A stretch of 64,000 nucleotides of DNA from an uncultured Eubacteriales bacterium (GCA_964565645.1 CAZMFQ010000009.1:47391-111390); one strand, 5' to 3'. Positions 28,518 through 37,790 are shown, numbered from the stretch's first letter. The notes: a model not told the origin generated them from the sequence alone. Translations and numbers: made by a program.

Positions 28518-29389
28518 GTCTGCGCATCCTCTCCCGCGACGTCGCGCCGGGCGGCCGCGAGCGCCTCGACGAGGGCGGTCAGTTCCGCGGGCGTCGATAT
28601 GCCCCCGTCGTCTGTGACGATCATACCGCCGCCCTGCGCCAGGACCGCCGCACGGGTCCCCGCGGCCACCGCCGCGAGCGCCCCCGCCCGCAGGGCCTCG
28701 CCGGGGATGCCCCCAAGCACCACGAGCCCGGCCCGCCGCGCCGCCTCGAACAGCGTGGCGAACTGGGGATCGGACAGACCTCCGGGGTGCAATGCGGCGA
28801 AGCCGGCCTTGCGGATGCCTGCGAGAAGCGGACGGGTGTCCCCGTCGGAGTGCAACATCGCCGGAACGGCGGAGTGCAACGCCTCCTCGGCCAGCCTGCC
28901 GCAGCGCGGCAGCACCTCCTCGAGCGAGAAGTCCGGACTCACGAGCGGGCCTTCAGTGGAGTAGAGGTCCTCGGCGACCACGATGGCGGCGACCCCGAGC
29001 CGGACTCCTCGGCGGACCTGTTCGAGCGCCGCTTCCATGTGCGCGTCCATGCGGCGACACAGCGCCATCGGGTCCGAGGCGGACAGTCGCAGCGTCGGCC
29101 CCCAACCGTCCTCGCGCGCGACCCGCCCGAGCGGCCCGTCGACGGCCCAGAACGCGAGGGTCCCGCACTCTGCGATGCGGTCGACCGCCTCGGCCGCCCA
29201 GACCTCGGCCGCGTTGACGAAAGCGATATCGGCGCGGATGTTCGAGCACGCCGCGGCGAGCCGTAGCGGCGCGTGCCTGGAGCCCCACTGAAGGCCCTCG
29301 ATGGCGTCAAGCGGCAGGAAGGTGGTACCGGTGACCAGGCCGGGATGCCCGGCGAGCGCGTCGCAAACCCTGTCCTCGACGGTGGCCAT
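28514..29389 (-). CDS. Uroporphyrinogen decarboxylase (URO-D)-fold family protein, function unknown
   Basis: 291 aa. The segment EDLYSTEGPLVSPDFSLEEVLPRCGRLAEEALHSAVPAMLHSDGDTRPLL..I...GF.ALHPG fits the URO-D/MtaA-like D..G.L.SP..F.E...P....H......LHS.G pattern. Confidence 0.45.
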   Translation of the reverse strand: MATVEDRVCDALAGHPGLVTGTTFLPLDAIEGLQWGSRHAPLRLAAACSNIRADIAFVNAAEVWAAEAVDRIAECGTLAFWAVDGPLGRVAREDGWGPTLRLSASDPMALCRRMDAHMEAALEQVRRGVRLGVAAIVVAEDLYSTEGPLVSPDFSLEEVLPRCGRLAEEALHSAVPAMLHSDGDTRPLLAGIRKAGFAALHPGGLSDPQFATLFEAARRAGLVVLGGIPGEALRAGALAAVAAGTRAAVLAQGGGMIVTDDGGISTPAELTALVEALAAARRDVAGEDAQT

Positions 29390-29393
29390 GGCG

Positions 29394-29858
29394 TCAGAAG
29401 AGACTGAACCCGGCGGAGACGGCCTCGGACAGCCCCCACACGATCAGGAACGCGCCCCCGACACCGAGCGCGACCGACAGGAACGCTTTGTGCCACTCCA
29501 TGTCGAGGAGCCAGGCGGCACAGGAGCCGGAGTAGGCGCCGGTGCCCGGCAGCGGGATGGCCACGAACACCGCGAGCCCGATCACGCCGTACTTCTCCAC
29601 GAGGGGGTGGGCCTTCGTGCGCACGCTCTCGAGCTTGCGGTGCAGCCAGGAGCCCTCGGGGATGAACTCGTAGACCCACGCCAGGATGAAGTAGGTCGGG
29701 AAGAACACGAGCACGTTGGTGAGCAGGATCAGTGGCAGAAAGACCTGCTCGCCCTGTTGCACCGCGAGCGGGATAGCGCCGCGCAACTCGACCCACGGCA
29801 CCGCGGTGAGCACCACGTACTTCAGGAACGCGGGCAACCCTGACGCCCACTCGATCAT
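29394..29858 (-). CDS. Small integral membrane protein (putative small multidrug-export-like family)
   Basis: Start at ATG 29858 (ATGA overlap with the upstream stop). PWVELRGAIPLAV motif. Four hydrophobic helices. Confidence 0.45.
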   Translation of the reverse strand: MIEWASGLPAFLKYVVLTAVPWVELRGAIPLAVQQGEQVFLPLILLTNVLVFFPTYFILAWVYEFIPEGSWLHRKLESVRTKAHPLVEKYGVIGLAVFVAIPLPGTGAYSGSCAAWLLDMEWHKAFLSVALGVGGAFLIVWGLSEAVSAGFSLF

Positions 29859-30238
29859 CCTGCCTCGCCCTCTCGGTCGTAGCCCAGCGCATCCCACACG
29901 CGCCCGGCCTCAGCGAGCCACATCGCCCGCGGATCGGTCATATCCCTGCCGCTGTCCGCGGCCCACGCGAAGTACCCGTCGCCCGGCATCCCGGTGTCGG
30001 CACGCACGAGTAGCGACGCGCACACGATGTCGTGCTCCGCATCGAGCGGCTCCGCCGCCTCGCCCACGAGCCTCAGCAATCGCGGCGAGCGCGCCACGAG
30101 CCGACCGTGGCCGGCGAACGCCGCGAACTCACCGTAGGTGACCGTGCGCCGCTGGCGCGCCGTTTCCAGCAGCAGCTCGCGCCCGTCGAGGACCATCGCG
30201 TGCCACTCCTCGGCGGATATGGGTGTGCGACCCGCCAT
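29855..30238 (-). CDS. Hypothetical protein
   Basis: 127 aa with GC3-rich codon usage. GAGGAGAGG RBS upstream. First gene of a four-gene, overlap-coupled set. I recognise no motif. Confidence 0.45.
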   Translation of the reverse strand: MAGRTPISAEEWHAMVLDGRELLLETARQRRTVTYGEFAAFAGHGRLVARSPRLLRLVGEAAEPLDAEHDIVCASLLVRADTGMPGDGYFAWAADSGRDMTDPRAMWLAEAGRVWDALGYDREGEAG

Positions 30239-30351
30239 GTGACGCCTCTCCTCGACGGACTACATCGGATTCTATCGGAACGCGCGACCCGCGCGTCCGG
30301 GCGTCACAAGACGACACCCAGCCGTTGAATGAAGGGCCGGATGTGCGACGA

Positions 30352-30368
30352 CCCGCCACGAAGGCGGG
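30352..30368 (-). terminator. Hairpin downstream of ssrA
   Basis: The minus strand reads CCCGCC-TTCGT-GGCGGG, 34 nt after the tmRNA CCA end. No U-tract. Confidence 0.35.
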
Positions 30369-30401
30369 CCGAAACGGACACAGGTGTGCCCGGAAGGATT
30401 C

Positions 30402-30754
30402 TGGTGGAGGTGGCGAGAGTCGAACTCGCGTCCACGATACATACTCGGGAAGCATCTCCAGGCTCAGTCACCGGTGGAGTCTCGGAGCGTACGTTACCCG
30501 GTGACCCGCGGCGTACGATCCATAGCGGTTCGATCTTGAGTGACGTCATACCGCCCACGTCCGTCACAGCACTCCCCTTTAATGGCGCCTAGCCGGTGGC
30601 GGGGAGGTCCACCGGGTCGGCGTCGCTGCTCTATTTAGGCAGCGAGGGCGAAATCATTGTCGACGTCTATGCGTCGGTACCCCTGTTTAACGAGGCGAGG
30701 AGACCTCGGCCTGCTTCTTCCGTCGAACGTATCATGTCGAAACCGGTCACCCCC
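30402..30754 (-). ncRNA. ssrA: tmRNA (SsrA)
   Basis: Minus-strand 5'-GGGGGTGACCGGTTTCGACATG... and 3'-...GGACGCGAGTTCGACTCTCGCCACCTCCACCA. Acceptor stem GGGGGTG/CACCTCC with a G3:U pair. The internal tag reading frame ends ...DNDFALAA-TAA (30635-30661). Confidence 0.92.
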
Positions 30755-30836
30755 ACTGGATGACACCGTTCGTGTCAACGTGCATGCGCGGGCTATCGAT
30801 GCCCGTCGCGAAGGACAGTATACCCGCCTGCCCTCG

Positions 30837-31313
30837 CTATCTGTGCAAGAGATATGCCGAGGACGGCTCTCGGATGATTCCGGCGAGGTCCGCATCCCCG
30901 AACGGATCCACGTATATGATGCCCTCGAGCTCTGACAGCGGAGCGTCCTCGGAGATGATCACCTCGCAGCCGCCCACGCGAGCGGTCGCCCAGATCTGCG
31001 CATCCCAGTACTGCAGCCCATAGCGGTTCGCGACACGGAGTGCCTCACGCGTTACGGCATCCGTGATCGGAAGCACCGTGAATGCGGCCAGGTACTCGGT
31101 TGCCAGCACGATGGCCGAGGTCTTGTCGAGGCGGGCAGGCAACTTGCGCGTCGTGGCCCAGACAAACTCACCCACCACCTGGCCGCTGATTGCCCCCGTG
31201 CCCGACGCGGAAATGCCGTCGATCAGGGAGTCCGCTCGCTGACTCTTCTTGATGTCACTGCGATCGACCCCATAGACGAAGACGTTGGTATCAACGAACA
31301 GAGTCGCGCTCAT
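30837..31313 (-). CDS. vapC: PIN-domain toxin VapC
   Basis: Start at ATG 31313 (MSATLFVDTNVFVY...). Conserved acidic residues (D..N, E, D..I) and a C-terminal ISED motif. The start lies inside the end of the antitoxin gene. Confidence 0.8.
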   Translation of the reverse strand: MSATLFVDTNVFVYGVDRSDIKKSQRADSLIDGISASGTGAISGQVVGEFVWATTRKLPARLDKTSAIVLATEYLAAFTVLPITDAVTREALRVANRYGLQYWDAQIWATARVGGCEVIISEDAPLSELEGIIYVDPFGDADLAGIIREPSSAYLLHR

Positions 31314-31560
31314 GCAGTTCTCCCCGCTCCCACCGGTGGGCCAGAGGTTCGACCGGTCCCTTCGCCCTGATCTCCGCCATGATCTTCTGTGCACGCTTCC
31401 ATGCGGCACGGCGCGACTCAGGAGAAGCGTCGCTCAGCCACGCGTCGATGGCGCGGCGCACGATCTCGGCTTGAGTGACACCGAGGCGCTCCGCCTCCGC
31501 AGCCAGCGCCTGGTCCTGTGTGTCGTCGATGTAGAGTTGTTTGCGCACCATGCGTGCCAT
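31291..31560 (-). CDS. vapB: Ribbon-helix-helix (CopG/VapB-type) antitoxin
   Basis: 89 aa from ATG 31560. MVRKQLYIDDTQDQALAAEAERLGVTQAEIVRRAID is an RHH pattern. 23-nt overlap with vapC. Confidence 0.7.
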   Translation of the reverse strand: MARMVRKQLYIDDTQDQALAAEAERLGVTQAEIVRRAIDAWLSDASPESRRAAWKRAQKIMAEIRAKGPVEPLAHRWERGELHERDSVR

Positions 31561-31685
31561 GGTGACGCACCCGCCTTTCCAATCGCCTGCTCGGGTCCTA
31601 CCGAGATGATGTATATAGTATACATCACGTGATGGGCACACGAACTTCGCGGGTGGTGCAGGGAATCGGTGTGCGCGGCTCGCCG

Positions 31686-32153
31686 CTACTCGCGGTTGCG
31701 GTCGCGCAGCGCTCGCTCCATGTCGCGCTTCTGGTCGCGTTCGGCGATCGTCGCTCGCTTGTCGTAGAGCTTCTTGCCGCGAGCGAGCCCGATCTCGACC
31801 TTGGCGCGGTTGTTCGCGTCGAAGTACATCCTGAGCGGCACGAGGGTGAAGCCGCGCTCGGCCGTCTTCTCGGCGAGGTGACGGATCTCCTTCTTGTGCA
31901 GCAACAACCGACGCTGGCGGTCGGGGTCGACGTTGGCGCGATTGCCGTGGGAGTACGGCGAGACGTGCACGCCGGTGAGAAACACCTCTCCTCGGCGGAT
32001 CGAGGCGTAGGAGTCGCGGAGCTGGGCGCCGCGCTCGCGCAGGGACTTGACCTCCGTGCCCGTGAGCTCGATGCCGGCCTCGTAGACCTCCTCGATGAAG
32101 AAGTCGTGGTAGGCCTTCTTGTTGGTGGCTATGTTCTTGGGTTCGCGCGTCAT
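31686..32153 (-). CDS. smpB: SsrA-binding protein SmpB
   Basis: 155 aa. NKKAYHDFFIEE..EAGIELTGTEVKSLR, LLLHKKEI, GLARGKKLYDKR. Confidence 0.95.
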   Translation of the reverse strand: MTREPKNIATNKKAYHDFFIEEVYEAGIELTGTEVKSLRERGAQLRDSYASIRRGEVFLTGVHVSPYSHGNRANVDPDRQRRLLLHKKEIRHLAEKTAERGFTLVPLRMYFDANNRAKVEIGLARGKKLYDKRATIAERDQKRDMERALRDRNRE

Positions 32154-32179
32154 GTGCGTTGCTCCGTGGCGCCGAAGGA

Positions 32180-33256
32180 CTACGGCGTGAAATCGGTCTC
32201 CGGGTCGAGGGCGATGACGTACTCGGCGAGCAGCTTCACGGCGTCTTCGACGTCCGAGATCGCGAGCGTCTCGTTTGGGGTGTGCATGTAGCGAAGCGGG
32301 ATGCTCACGAGACCCGCCGCCTTGCCGCCGCGCGAGAGCTGGATGCCGTTCGCGTCGGTGCCGGTGCCGCGCGGCTCGCCGTCGAACTGGATCTCGACCT
32401 TGGCGGCTCTGGCGGCCGCGGTCAGGCCCGCAAACACCGTCGGGTTGATGTTAGCTCCGCGCGTGATGATCGGGCCCTTGCCGCATGCGGCCTCGCCGTG
32501 CTTGCGCTTGTCGACGTCCGGATAGTCGGTCGCGTGCCCGACCTCGACCGCGATACCCACGACAGGGTCGACGCCGTACGCGCTCGTGATGCCGCCGCGC
32601 ATGCCGATCTCCTCCTGCACGGTGCCGGCTACCACGAGGTCGACCCTGGCGCCGCCGCGCTCCTTGACCTCACGCAGGACCTCGGCGCAGATGAACGCGC
32701 CCATCTTGTCGTCCATCGCGCGCGAGACGGCCATGCCGTCGCCGAACTCCTCGAAGCCCACGCCGAACGTGATCGGGTCGCCGATGCGGACCTTCTTCTT
32801 CACGTCCTCGGCGGACATCCCGAGGTCGATGAAGAGCTTATGCATCTTGGTGACGGACTTGCGCTCGTCGTCCTCGAGCAGATGGATCGGCAGCCTGCCG
32901 AGGATCCCGCGCAGCACGCCCTCGTCGGTGTGGACGTCCACGCGCATGCCTGGCAGGATCGCCTCGTCCACGCCGCCGATGGCGCGGAACGCGAGGAACC
33001 CGTCAGACATGATGTAGGAGACCATGAGACCGATCTCGTCGATGTGGCCCGCGAGCATCACGCTCACCCGGCGGCCGTCGCGCTCGGCGTCGGAACCGCG
33101 CAGCAGCGCGTGGACCGAACCCATCACGTTGGTCTCGACGTCGTCGGCAAGCGGCGCGAGGTACTCGCGCAGGGCGGCAGCGGCCGGCTGCTCGTAGCCC
33201 GAAGGCGAAGGGGTCTCGACGAGCGACTTGAAGAACTTCATGGACTCGGGGCGCAT
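32180..33256 (-). CDS. M42-family aminopeptidase / endoglucanase-like (FrvX type)
   Basis: Start at ATG 33256 after GGAGG. LVETPSPSGYEQ, AGHIDEIGLMV, GTVQEEIGMRG. Confidence 0.8.
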   Translation of the reverse strand: MRPESMKFFKSLVETPSPSGYEQPAAAALREYLAPLADDVETNVMGSVHALLRGSDAERDGRRVSVMLAGHIDEIGLMVSYIMSDGFLAFRAIGGVDEAILPGMRVDVHTDEGVLRGILGRLPIHLLEDDERKSVTKMHKLFIDLGMSAEDVKKKVRIGDPITFGVGFEEFGDGMAVSRAMDDKMGAFICAEVLREVKERGGARVDLVVAGTVQEEIGMRGGITSAYGVDPVVGIAVEVGHATDYPDVDKRKHGEAACGKGPIITRGANINPTVFAGLTAAARAAKVEIQFDGEPRGTGTDANGIQLSRGGKAAGLVSIPLRYMHTPNETLAISDVEDAVKLLAEYVIALDPETDFTP

Positions 33257-33350
33257 GGAACAACCTCCGGGGTCGTGGTCTTGGGCTTCGGAATGCATGG
33301 AACGCAACGGACAGTGTATCCCCGAGATGCGGGTTTGGCGAAGCGCGCGC

Positions 33351-33857
33351 TCAGCCCATCGCGGCGGCCAGGGCCTCGCCCCACGCCCGCGCCCGCTCGA
33401 GCTCGCCTTCGAGCAGCGGCCCGTAGGTCCCCGTGACCAGGAACCGCTCGCGCTCGGCAAGCCGCGAATAGCCCGCAGCCGAAAGCCCCTTCTCGATCGC
33501 CTTGGTCGCCGCGCCCGGCGAACGGCGGAACCGCGTCTCGAACGTCGCGAAGCGCCCCGTGCCTGTGGGCAACCCGGCCAGCCACCGGCGCATCGAGGGA
33601 TGGTCGACATCGGCGTGCGAGGGCGCGTCGGGCTTGTCCGGAAGCGTCTTGCGCATCATCTCGGTCGGAAGCGTGAAGCCCAGCAGCGGCGCTCCGACCA
33701 CCACGAGATCGGTCACCGCGAGGACGTCCGGGGTCGCCACGTCGGTGGTGAGCGCCTGGATGCCGACGCCGAGCCCCTCGGCGATGGCGTGCGCGATCGC
33801 GGCGGTGTTGCCCCAGTAGGACTCATAGACGACGATCGCGTTCACGACGCACCCCAT
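33351..33857 (-). CDS. Flavodoxin-like protein
   Basis: The IVVYESYWGNTAAIAHAIAEGL N-terminus is typical of the flavodoxin fold. The start is uncertain (33857 or 33926). Confidence 0.6.
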   Translation of the reverse strand: MGCVVNAIVVYESYWGNTAAIAHAIAEGLGVGIQALTTDVATPDVLAVTDLVVVGAPLLGFTLPTEMMRKTLPDKPDAPSHADVDHPSMRRWLAGLPTGTGRFATFETRFRRSPGAATKAIEKGLSAAGYSRLAERERFLVTGTYGPLLEGELERARAWGEALAAAMG

Positions 33858-33910
33858 CTCCTCGGCATGGACCGAGTCGATGATACGCCAGCGATGTCGC
33901 GAGCGGAGCC

Positions 33911-33939
33911 TTGACCCTCGGCTCAATCCTGACTATATT
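33911..33939 (+). promoter_or_regulatory. Sigma-70-type promoter upstream of sufC
   Basis: TTGACC-N17-TATATT, about 60 nt upstream of the sufC ATG. AT-rich patch in a GC-rich context. Confidence 0.45.
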
Positions 33940-34000
33940 GCTCAGGTATCCGCTCGGGTATACATACCGGGACCGACCCACCACCCACGCGAGGTGACGC

Positions 34001-34759
34001 ATGACCTCCGAAAGCACCGCCCTTCTCGAGATCCGCGATCTGCACGTCAGTGTGGGCGAGCGCGAGATCCTCAAGGGCATCGACCTGACGATCGGCGCCG
34101 GGGAGACCCACGTGCTCCTGGGCCCCAACGGCGGGGGCAAGACCACGCTGCTCAACACGATCCTGGGGATCCCGGGATACCGCGTGACGCAGGGATCGAT
34201 CACGTTCAAGGGCCAGGACCTGCTCGCGCTCGAGATCGACGAGCGCGCCCGCCTCGGCATCGGCGTGGCGTTCCAGCGTCCGCCCGCGGTTCGCGGCGTG
34301 AAACTGCGCCAGATGATCGAGGTCGCTTCGGCAGGCACGATACTCTCCGACGACCTTTCCGACCTGGCCGAGGAGCTGAACCTCGGATACATGCTCGACC
34401 GCGACGTGAACATGGGCTTCTCAGGCGGTGAGGCCAAGCGCGCCGAGATGGGCCAGCTGCTCGCGCAAGCACCCGACCTCGCGCTGTTCGACGAGCCGGA
34501 GTCAGGCGTCGACCTCGACAACATCGCGGTGGTGGGTGGCGCCATCAACGACCTGCTCAAGGGCGAGCGCGTGAGTGAGAACCGCGCGGCGGGCCTCATC
34601 ATCACGCACACGGGCCACATCCTCGAGTACGTGAACGCCGACGTGGGCCATGTGCTCTACAACGGGCAACTCGCCTGCAAGGGCAACGCGCTCGACCTGA
34701 TCGACGAGATATCCCGTCAGGGATACGAGAAATGTGTGGAGTGTGCGCTATGCCGGTAG
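34001..34759 (+). CDS. sufC: Fe-S cluster assembly ATPase SufC
   Basis: 252 aa. Walker A GPNGGGKTT, FSGGEAKR signature, ALFDEPESGVD Walker B, ITH. Confidence 0.85.
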   Translation: MTSESTALLEIRDLHVSVGEREILKGIDLTIGAGETHVLLGPNGGGKTTLLNTILGIPGYRVTQGSITFKGQDLLALEIDERARLGIGVAFQRPPAVRGVKLRQMIEVASAGTILSDDLSDLAEELNLGYMLDRDVNMGFSGGEAKRAEMGQLLAQAPDLALFDEPESGVDLDNIAVVGGAINDLLKGERVSENRAAGLIITHTGHILEYVNADVGHVLYNGQLACKGNALDLIDEISRQGYEKCVECALCR

Positions 34760-36033
34760 ATGAGATCACCCCCACCCTCTCGGCCGCGGCCGCTGAGCGC
34801 CTCGCTGAGATCCGCACGGCCGCGGAGGCTGCGGTCGACAAGCCCGCGACGTTCGGGCCTGATATCGACGTGACGCGGTTCGCCACCGTGAGCGAGGCCG
34901 ACCGCATCGAGTCGCTCGAGTCGCTCGAGCGCCAGGTCAAGGAGACCGTTCTGCTCTCGGGCTTCACGGCGGATGAGACCGAGCGGTCCGCGAGCTACTT
35001 CCAGATGGACCGCTCGCCGATCTACGAGCGCGTCCAGAAGGCGTTCGACGACGCGATCGAGATCATGAGCACCGAAGACGCCCTGCGCCTGTGGCCCGAC
35101 GAGATGCTCGAGAAGTACTGGTGGCGCGCGGTCATGCCCGACAAGGACAAGTACACCGCCCTCGTGGCCCTGCACCAGACCGAGGGCTACTTCATCCGCG
35201 TAAAGGCCGGCCGCAAGGTCGAGAAGCCGATCCAGGCCTGCCTGTTCGTGAGCGAGAGCAACGTCAGCCAGAACGTGCACAACATCATCATCGTCGAGGA
35301 CGGCGCCGAGGCGAACGTCATCACCGGCTGCAACGTGCACACCACCGTCAAGGAGGGCCTGCACGCCGGCATCAGCGAGTTCTACGTCGGCAAGGGTGCG
35401 AAGCTCACGTTCACGATGGTGCACAACTGGGCCGAGGAGTTCTCCGTCCGCCCGCGCACCGGCATCGTCGTCGAGGAGGACGGCACCTACATCAACAACT
35501 ACGTGCTCCTCAAACCGGTCAAGTCGATCCAGGCCTTCCCCGTCGCCAAGCTTGTGGGTGACCGCTCGCGCGCGGTGTTCAACTCGATCGTCTACGGCCT
35601 GAAGGACAGCTACATCGACCTCGGCAGCGAGACGCAGCTCATCGGCGCCGGAACGGCGAGCGAGGCTGTCGCCCGCACCGTCTCCAAGGACCGCAGCACC
35701 GTCTACTCGCGTGGCCGGCTCATCGGCAGGAACAACGAGTGCAAGGCGCATCTGGACTGCCGCGGGATCCTCGAGTCGCCCGAGTCGACACAGTGGGCGA
35801 TCCCGGACCTCGCCAGCGAAGGCGCGCCGGGCGCCGAGCTTTCTCACGAGGCCGCGATCTCCCCTATCGCCGCCGAGGAGATCTACTACCTGCAGACGCG
35901 CGGGATGACCAAGGACGAGGCCGTCGGCATGATCACACGCGGGTTCGTCAACATCGACATCCCGGGCCTGCCCGACGTGCTGCGCCGCCAGATCGACAAG
36001 GCGATCGAGGAGACGAGCAAAGAGGCCATGTAG
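34750..36033 (+). CDS. sufB: Fe-S cluster assembly protein SufB/SufD family
   Basis: About 427 aa. Beta-helix core region (VHNIIIVEDGAEANVITGC, GKGAKLTFTMV) and a C-terminal EAISPIAAEEIYYLQTRGM motif. The start overlaps the sufC end. Confidence 0.8.
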   Translation: MPVDEITPTLSAAAAERLAEIRTAAEAAVDKPATFGPDIDVTRFATVSEADRIESLESLERQVKETVLLSGFTADETERSASYFQMDRSPIYERVQKAFDDAIEIMSTEDALRLWPDEMLEKYWWRAVMPDKDKYTALVALHQTEGYFIRVKAGRKVEKPIQACLFVSESNVSQNVHNIIIVEDGAEANVITGCNVHTTVKEGLHAGISEFYVGKGAKLTFTMVHNWAEEFSVRPRTGIVVEEDGTYINNYVLLKPVKSIQAFPVAKLVGDRSRAVFNSIVYGLKDSYIDLGSETQLIGAGTASEAVARTVSKDRSTVYSRGRLIGRNNECKAHLDCRGILESPESTQWAIPDLASEGAPGAELSHEAAISPIAAEEIYYLQTRGMTKDEAVGMITRGFVNIDIPGLPDVLRRQIDKAIEETSKEAM

Positions 36034-36059
36034 CGGGCCGTGCGTGACGCGGGCGACGA

Positions 36060-37790
36060 TCAGTGCGCCCGGCGCCGCTGCCACTCCGCGTGGACGTCGT
36101 CCATCGCCATCACGTCGGTGATCGAGACGATGCCCACCAGACGCGTGCGGTCCTCGGCATCCACGACCGGCACCCTGTCGACGTCGCGGTCGGTCATGCG
36201 AGCGACGAGCTCACCCACGAGCGTCGAGCGGCTCACCGTGACGAGGTTCCGGCTCATCACGTCGGCGATGCGCAGGTGCGCCCATTCCTCCTGCGGCACG
36301 GGGTCGATGTCGGCGAGACTCACCATGCCCACGAGCGCGCCCTCGCCGTCGACCACCGGCATGCTCTTGTGCCTCAGGTGAACCATGCGCTCGGTCACGA
36401 ATTCGAGCACCGATTCCTCGGAATCGAGGGTTATGACCTCGGGTGTCATGATCGACGCCACGCGCGCACTCATCATGCGGTCGAGTCGCGTCTCGCGCCG
36501 CCACCGCTGCTTGTCCGAGACCGAGGTCTTGCCGGCGACCGCGAACGCGACGGCCGCGGCGACCAGACCGGGGATGATGTAGCCCGCACCACCGGTGGTC
36601 TCCGCGATGAACACCGCCGCGGCGATGGGCGTGTTGTAGCCGGCTGCGAGGAACGCAGCCATGCCCACGATCGGGAACATCGGGCCGACAGCGCCGGGCA
36701 GCACGCCCTTGACCAGCGTGCCCGCCGCCGCGCCGAGCACGATCATCGGCACGAAGATGCCGCCGGCCGCGCCTGACGCAAGCGTCGCCACAACGGCGCC
36801 GGCCTTGAGCACGAGCAGCTCGGCGGCCTGCAGCGGTGTGTACGAGCCGACAACGAGTTCCTGGACCGTCGAGTAGCCGGTGCCGAGCACCGCCGCCTCG
36901 CCGAACAGCTTGTAGCCGATCAGGCCCAGAAGCCCCGCTGTGAGCCCGCCGATACCGGTGCGCACCCACAGCGGCACGGGCAGTGCGCGCGCGAAGGAGC
37001 CGATACCGTGGAACGACGCCACGAATATGCGGGCTATCACGCCCACCAGCAGCCCGATCAGCAATGCGTAAAGCATGTCGCGCGAGCTGAGCGCGTTGAT
37101 CTCACCGACATCGAAGAGCGGATCGACGCCGAGGAACTGCACGAGCACCAGATACGACGAGACCGCTGCGATGAGCGAGGGGATGAGCGCCTCGCGCGTC
37201 AGGTCGTCGCGATACGGGACCTCGAGGGCGAACACGATGCCGGTGAGCGGCGCCTTGAAGATCGCGCTCACCCCTGCGGCAGCGCCCGCGATCATGAGGG
37301 TACGCACGTCCTCGTCGGTGAATCCGAACCTGCGCATCTTGCGCAGCGCGAACGAGCCGAGCGCCGCGCCCGCGTAGATGCTCGGGCCCTCGAGTCCTGC
37401 GCTGCCGCCGAAGCCGACGGTCGCGATGGAGGCGAGGATCTTGCCGGGGAACGAGCGGTAGCGGAACACCCCGCCTCGCTCGTGGAATGCCTCGATGACC
37501 TCCTCGGTACCGTGGATCTCGGGATTCACGGTGAGGTACTGGAGTATCAGGCCCGAGAGGATGAGGCCCACGGTCGGGAACAGCACGATGGTGACCGGGT
37601 CGATGCGGGGCAGGATCCACGTCCAGATCGCGAGGACCGACTGATCGAGAACCGTGACGAAGCCACCGACGATGACCCCCACGCCCGCAGCGACGAGGAA
37701 CCACTTCTTGAGGCGGACCCAGAAGACCTCGGAGCCCTTGCGGGTCGCGTCGAGGTACTCGCCGAGTCGTTCGGTGCCGCCGATATCCAC
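36060..37790 (-). CDS. ClC-family chloride channel/antiporter with C-terminal CBS pair
   Basis: 576 aa, GTG start after GAAGGAGG. GSAGLEGP and GGIFVPM selectivity motifs. Two CBS repeats at the C-terminus. Confidence 0.85.
   Translation of the reverse strand: MDIGGTERLGEYLDATRKGSEVFWVRLKKWFLVAAGVGVIVGGFVTVLDQSVLAIWTWILPRIDPVTIVLFPTVGLILSGLILQYLTVNPEIHGTEEVIEAFHERGGVFRYRSFPGKILASIATVGFGGSAGLEGPSIYAGAALGSFALRKMRRFGFTDEDVRTLMIAGAAAGVSAIFKAPLTGIVFALEVPYRDDLTREALIPSLIAAVSSYLVLVQFLGVDPLFDVGEINALSSRDMLYALLIGLLVGVIARIFVASFHGIGSFARALPVPLWVRTGIGGLTAGLLGLIGYKLFGEAAVLGTGYSTVQELVVGSYTPLQAAELLVLKAGAVVATLASGAAGGIFVPMIVLGAAAGTLVKGVLPGAVGPMFPIVGMAAFLAAGYNTPIAAAVFIAETTGGAGYIIPGLVAAAVAFAVAGKTSVSDKQRWRRETRLDRMMSARVASIMTPEVITLDSEESVLEFVTERMVHLRHKSMPVVDGEGALVGMVSLADIDPVPQEEWAHLRIADVMSRNLVTVSRSTLVGELVARMTDRDVDRVPVVDAEDRTRLVGIVSITDVMAMDDVHAEWQRRRAH

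Noticed and set aside
30239-30401. Possible attachment-site repeat of the ssrA 3' end marking an integrated island
   Set aside because: I could not find a duplicated copy of the ssrA 3' segment by eye, and there is no integrase nearby. A computational repeat search is needed before any island claim.
30773-30778. TTGACA upstream of the tmRNA 5' end as its -35 box
   Set aside because: A 17-nt spacer would put the -10 hexamer on the mature 5' end (TGGGGG). No acceptable -10 is present at that spacing.
33823-34620. 265-aa minus-strand ORF overlapping sufC
   Set aside because: Ser/Arg/Pro-rich shadow ORF. The plus strand encodes a canonical SufC with Walker motifs.
34720-34759. CxxCxxC tail (KCVECALCR) at the SufC C-terminus as a novel metal site
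   Set aside because: It is only nine residues and overlaps the sufBD start region, so it could be a chance extension. Without conservation data it is not worth a claim.
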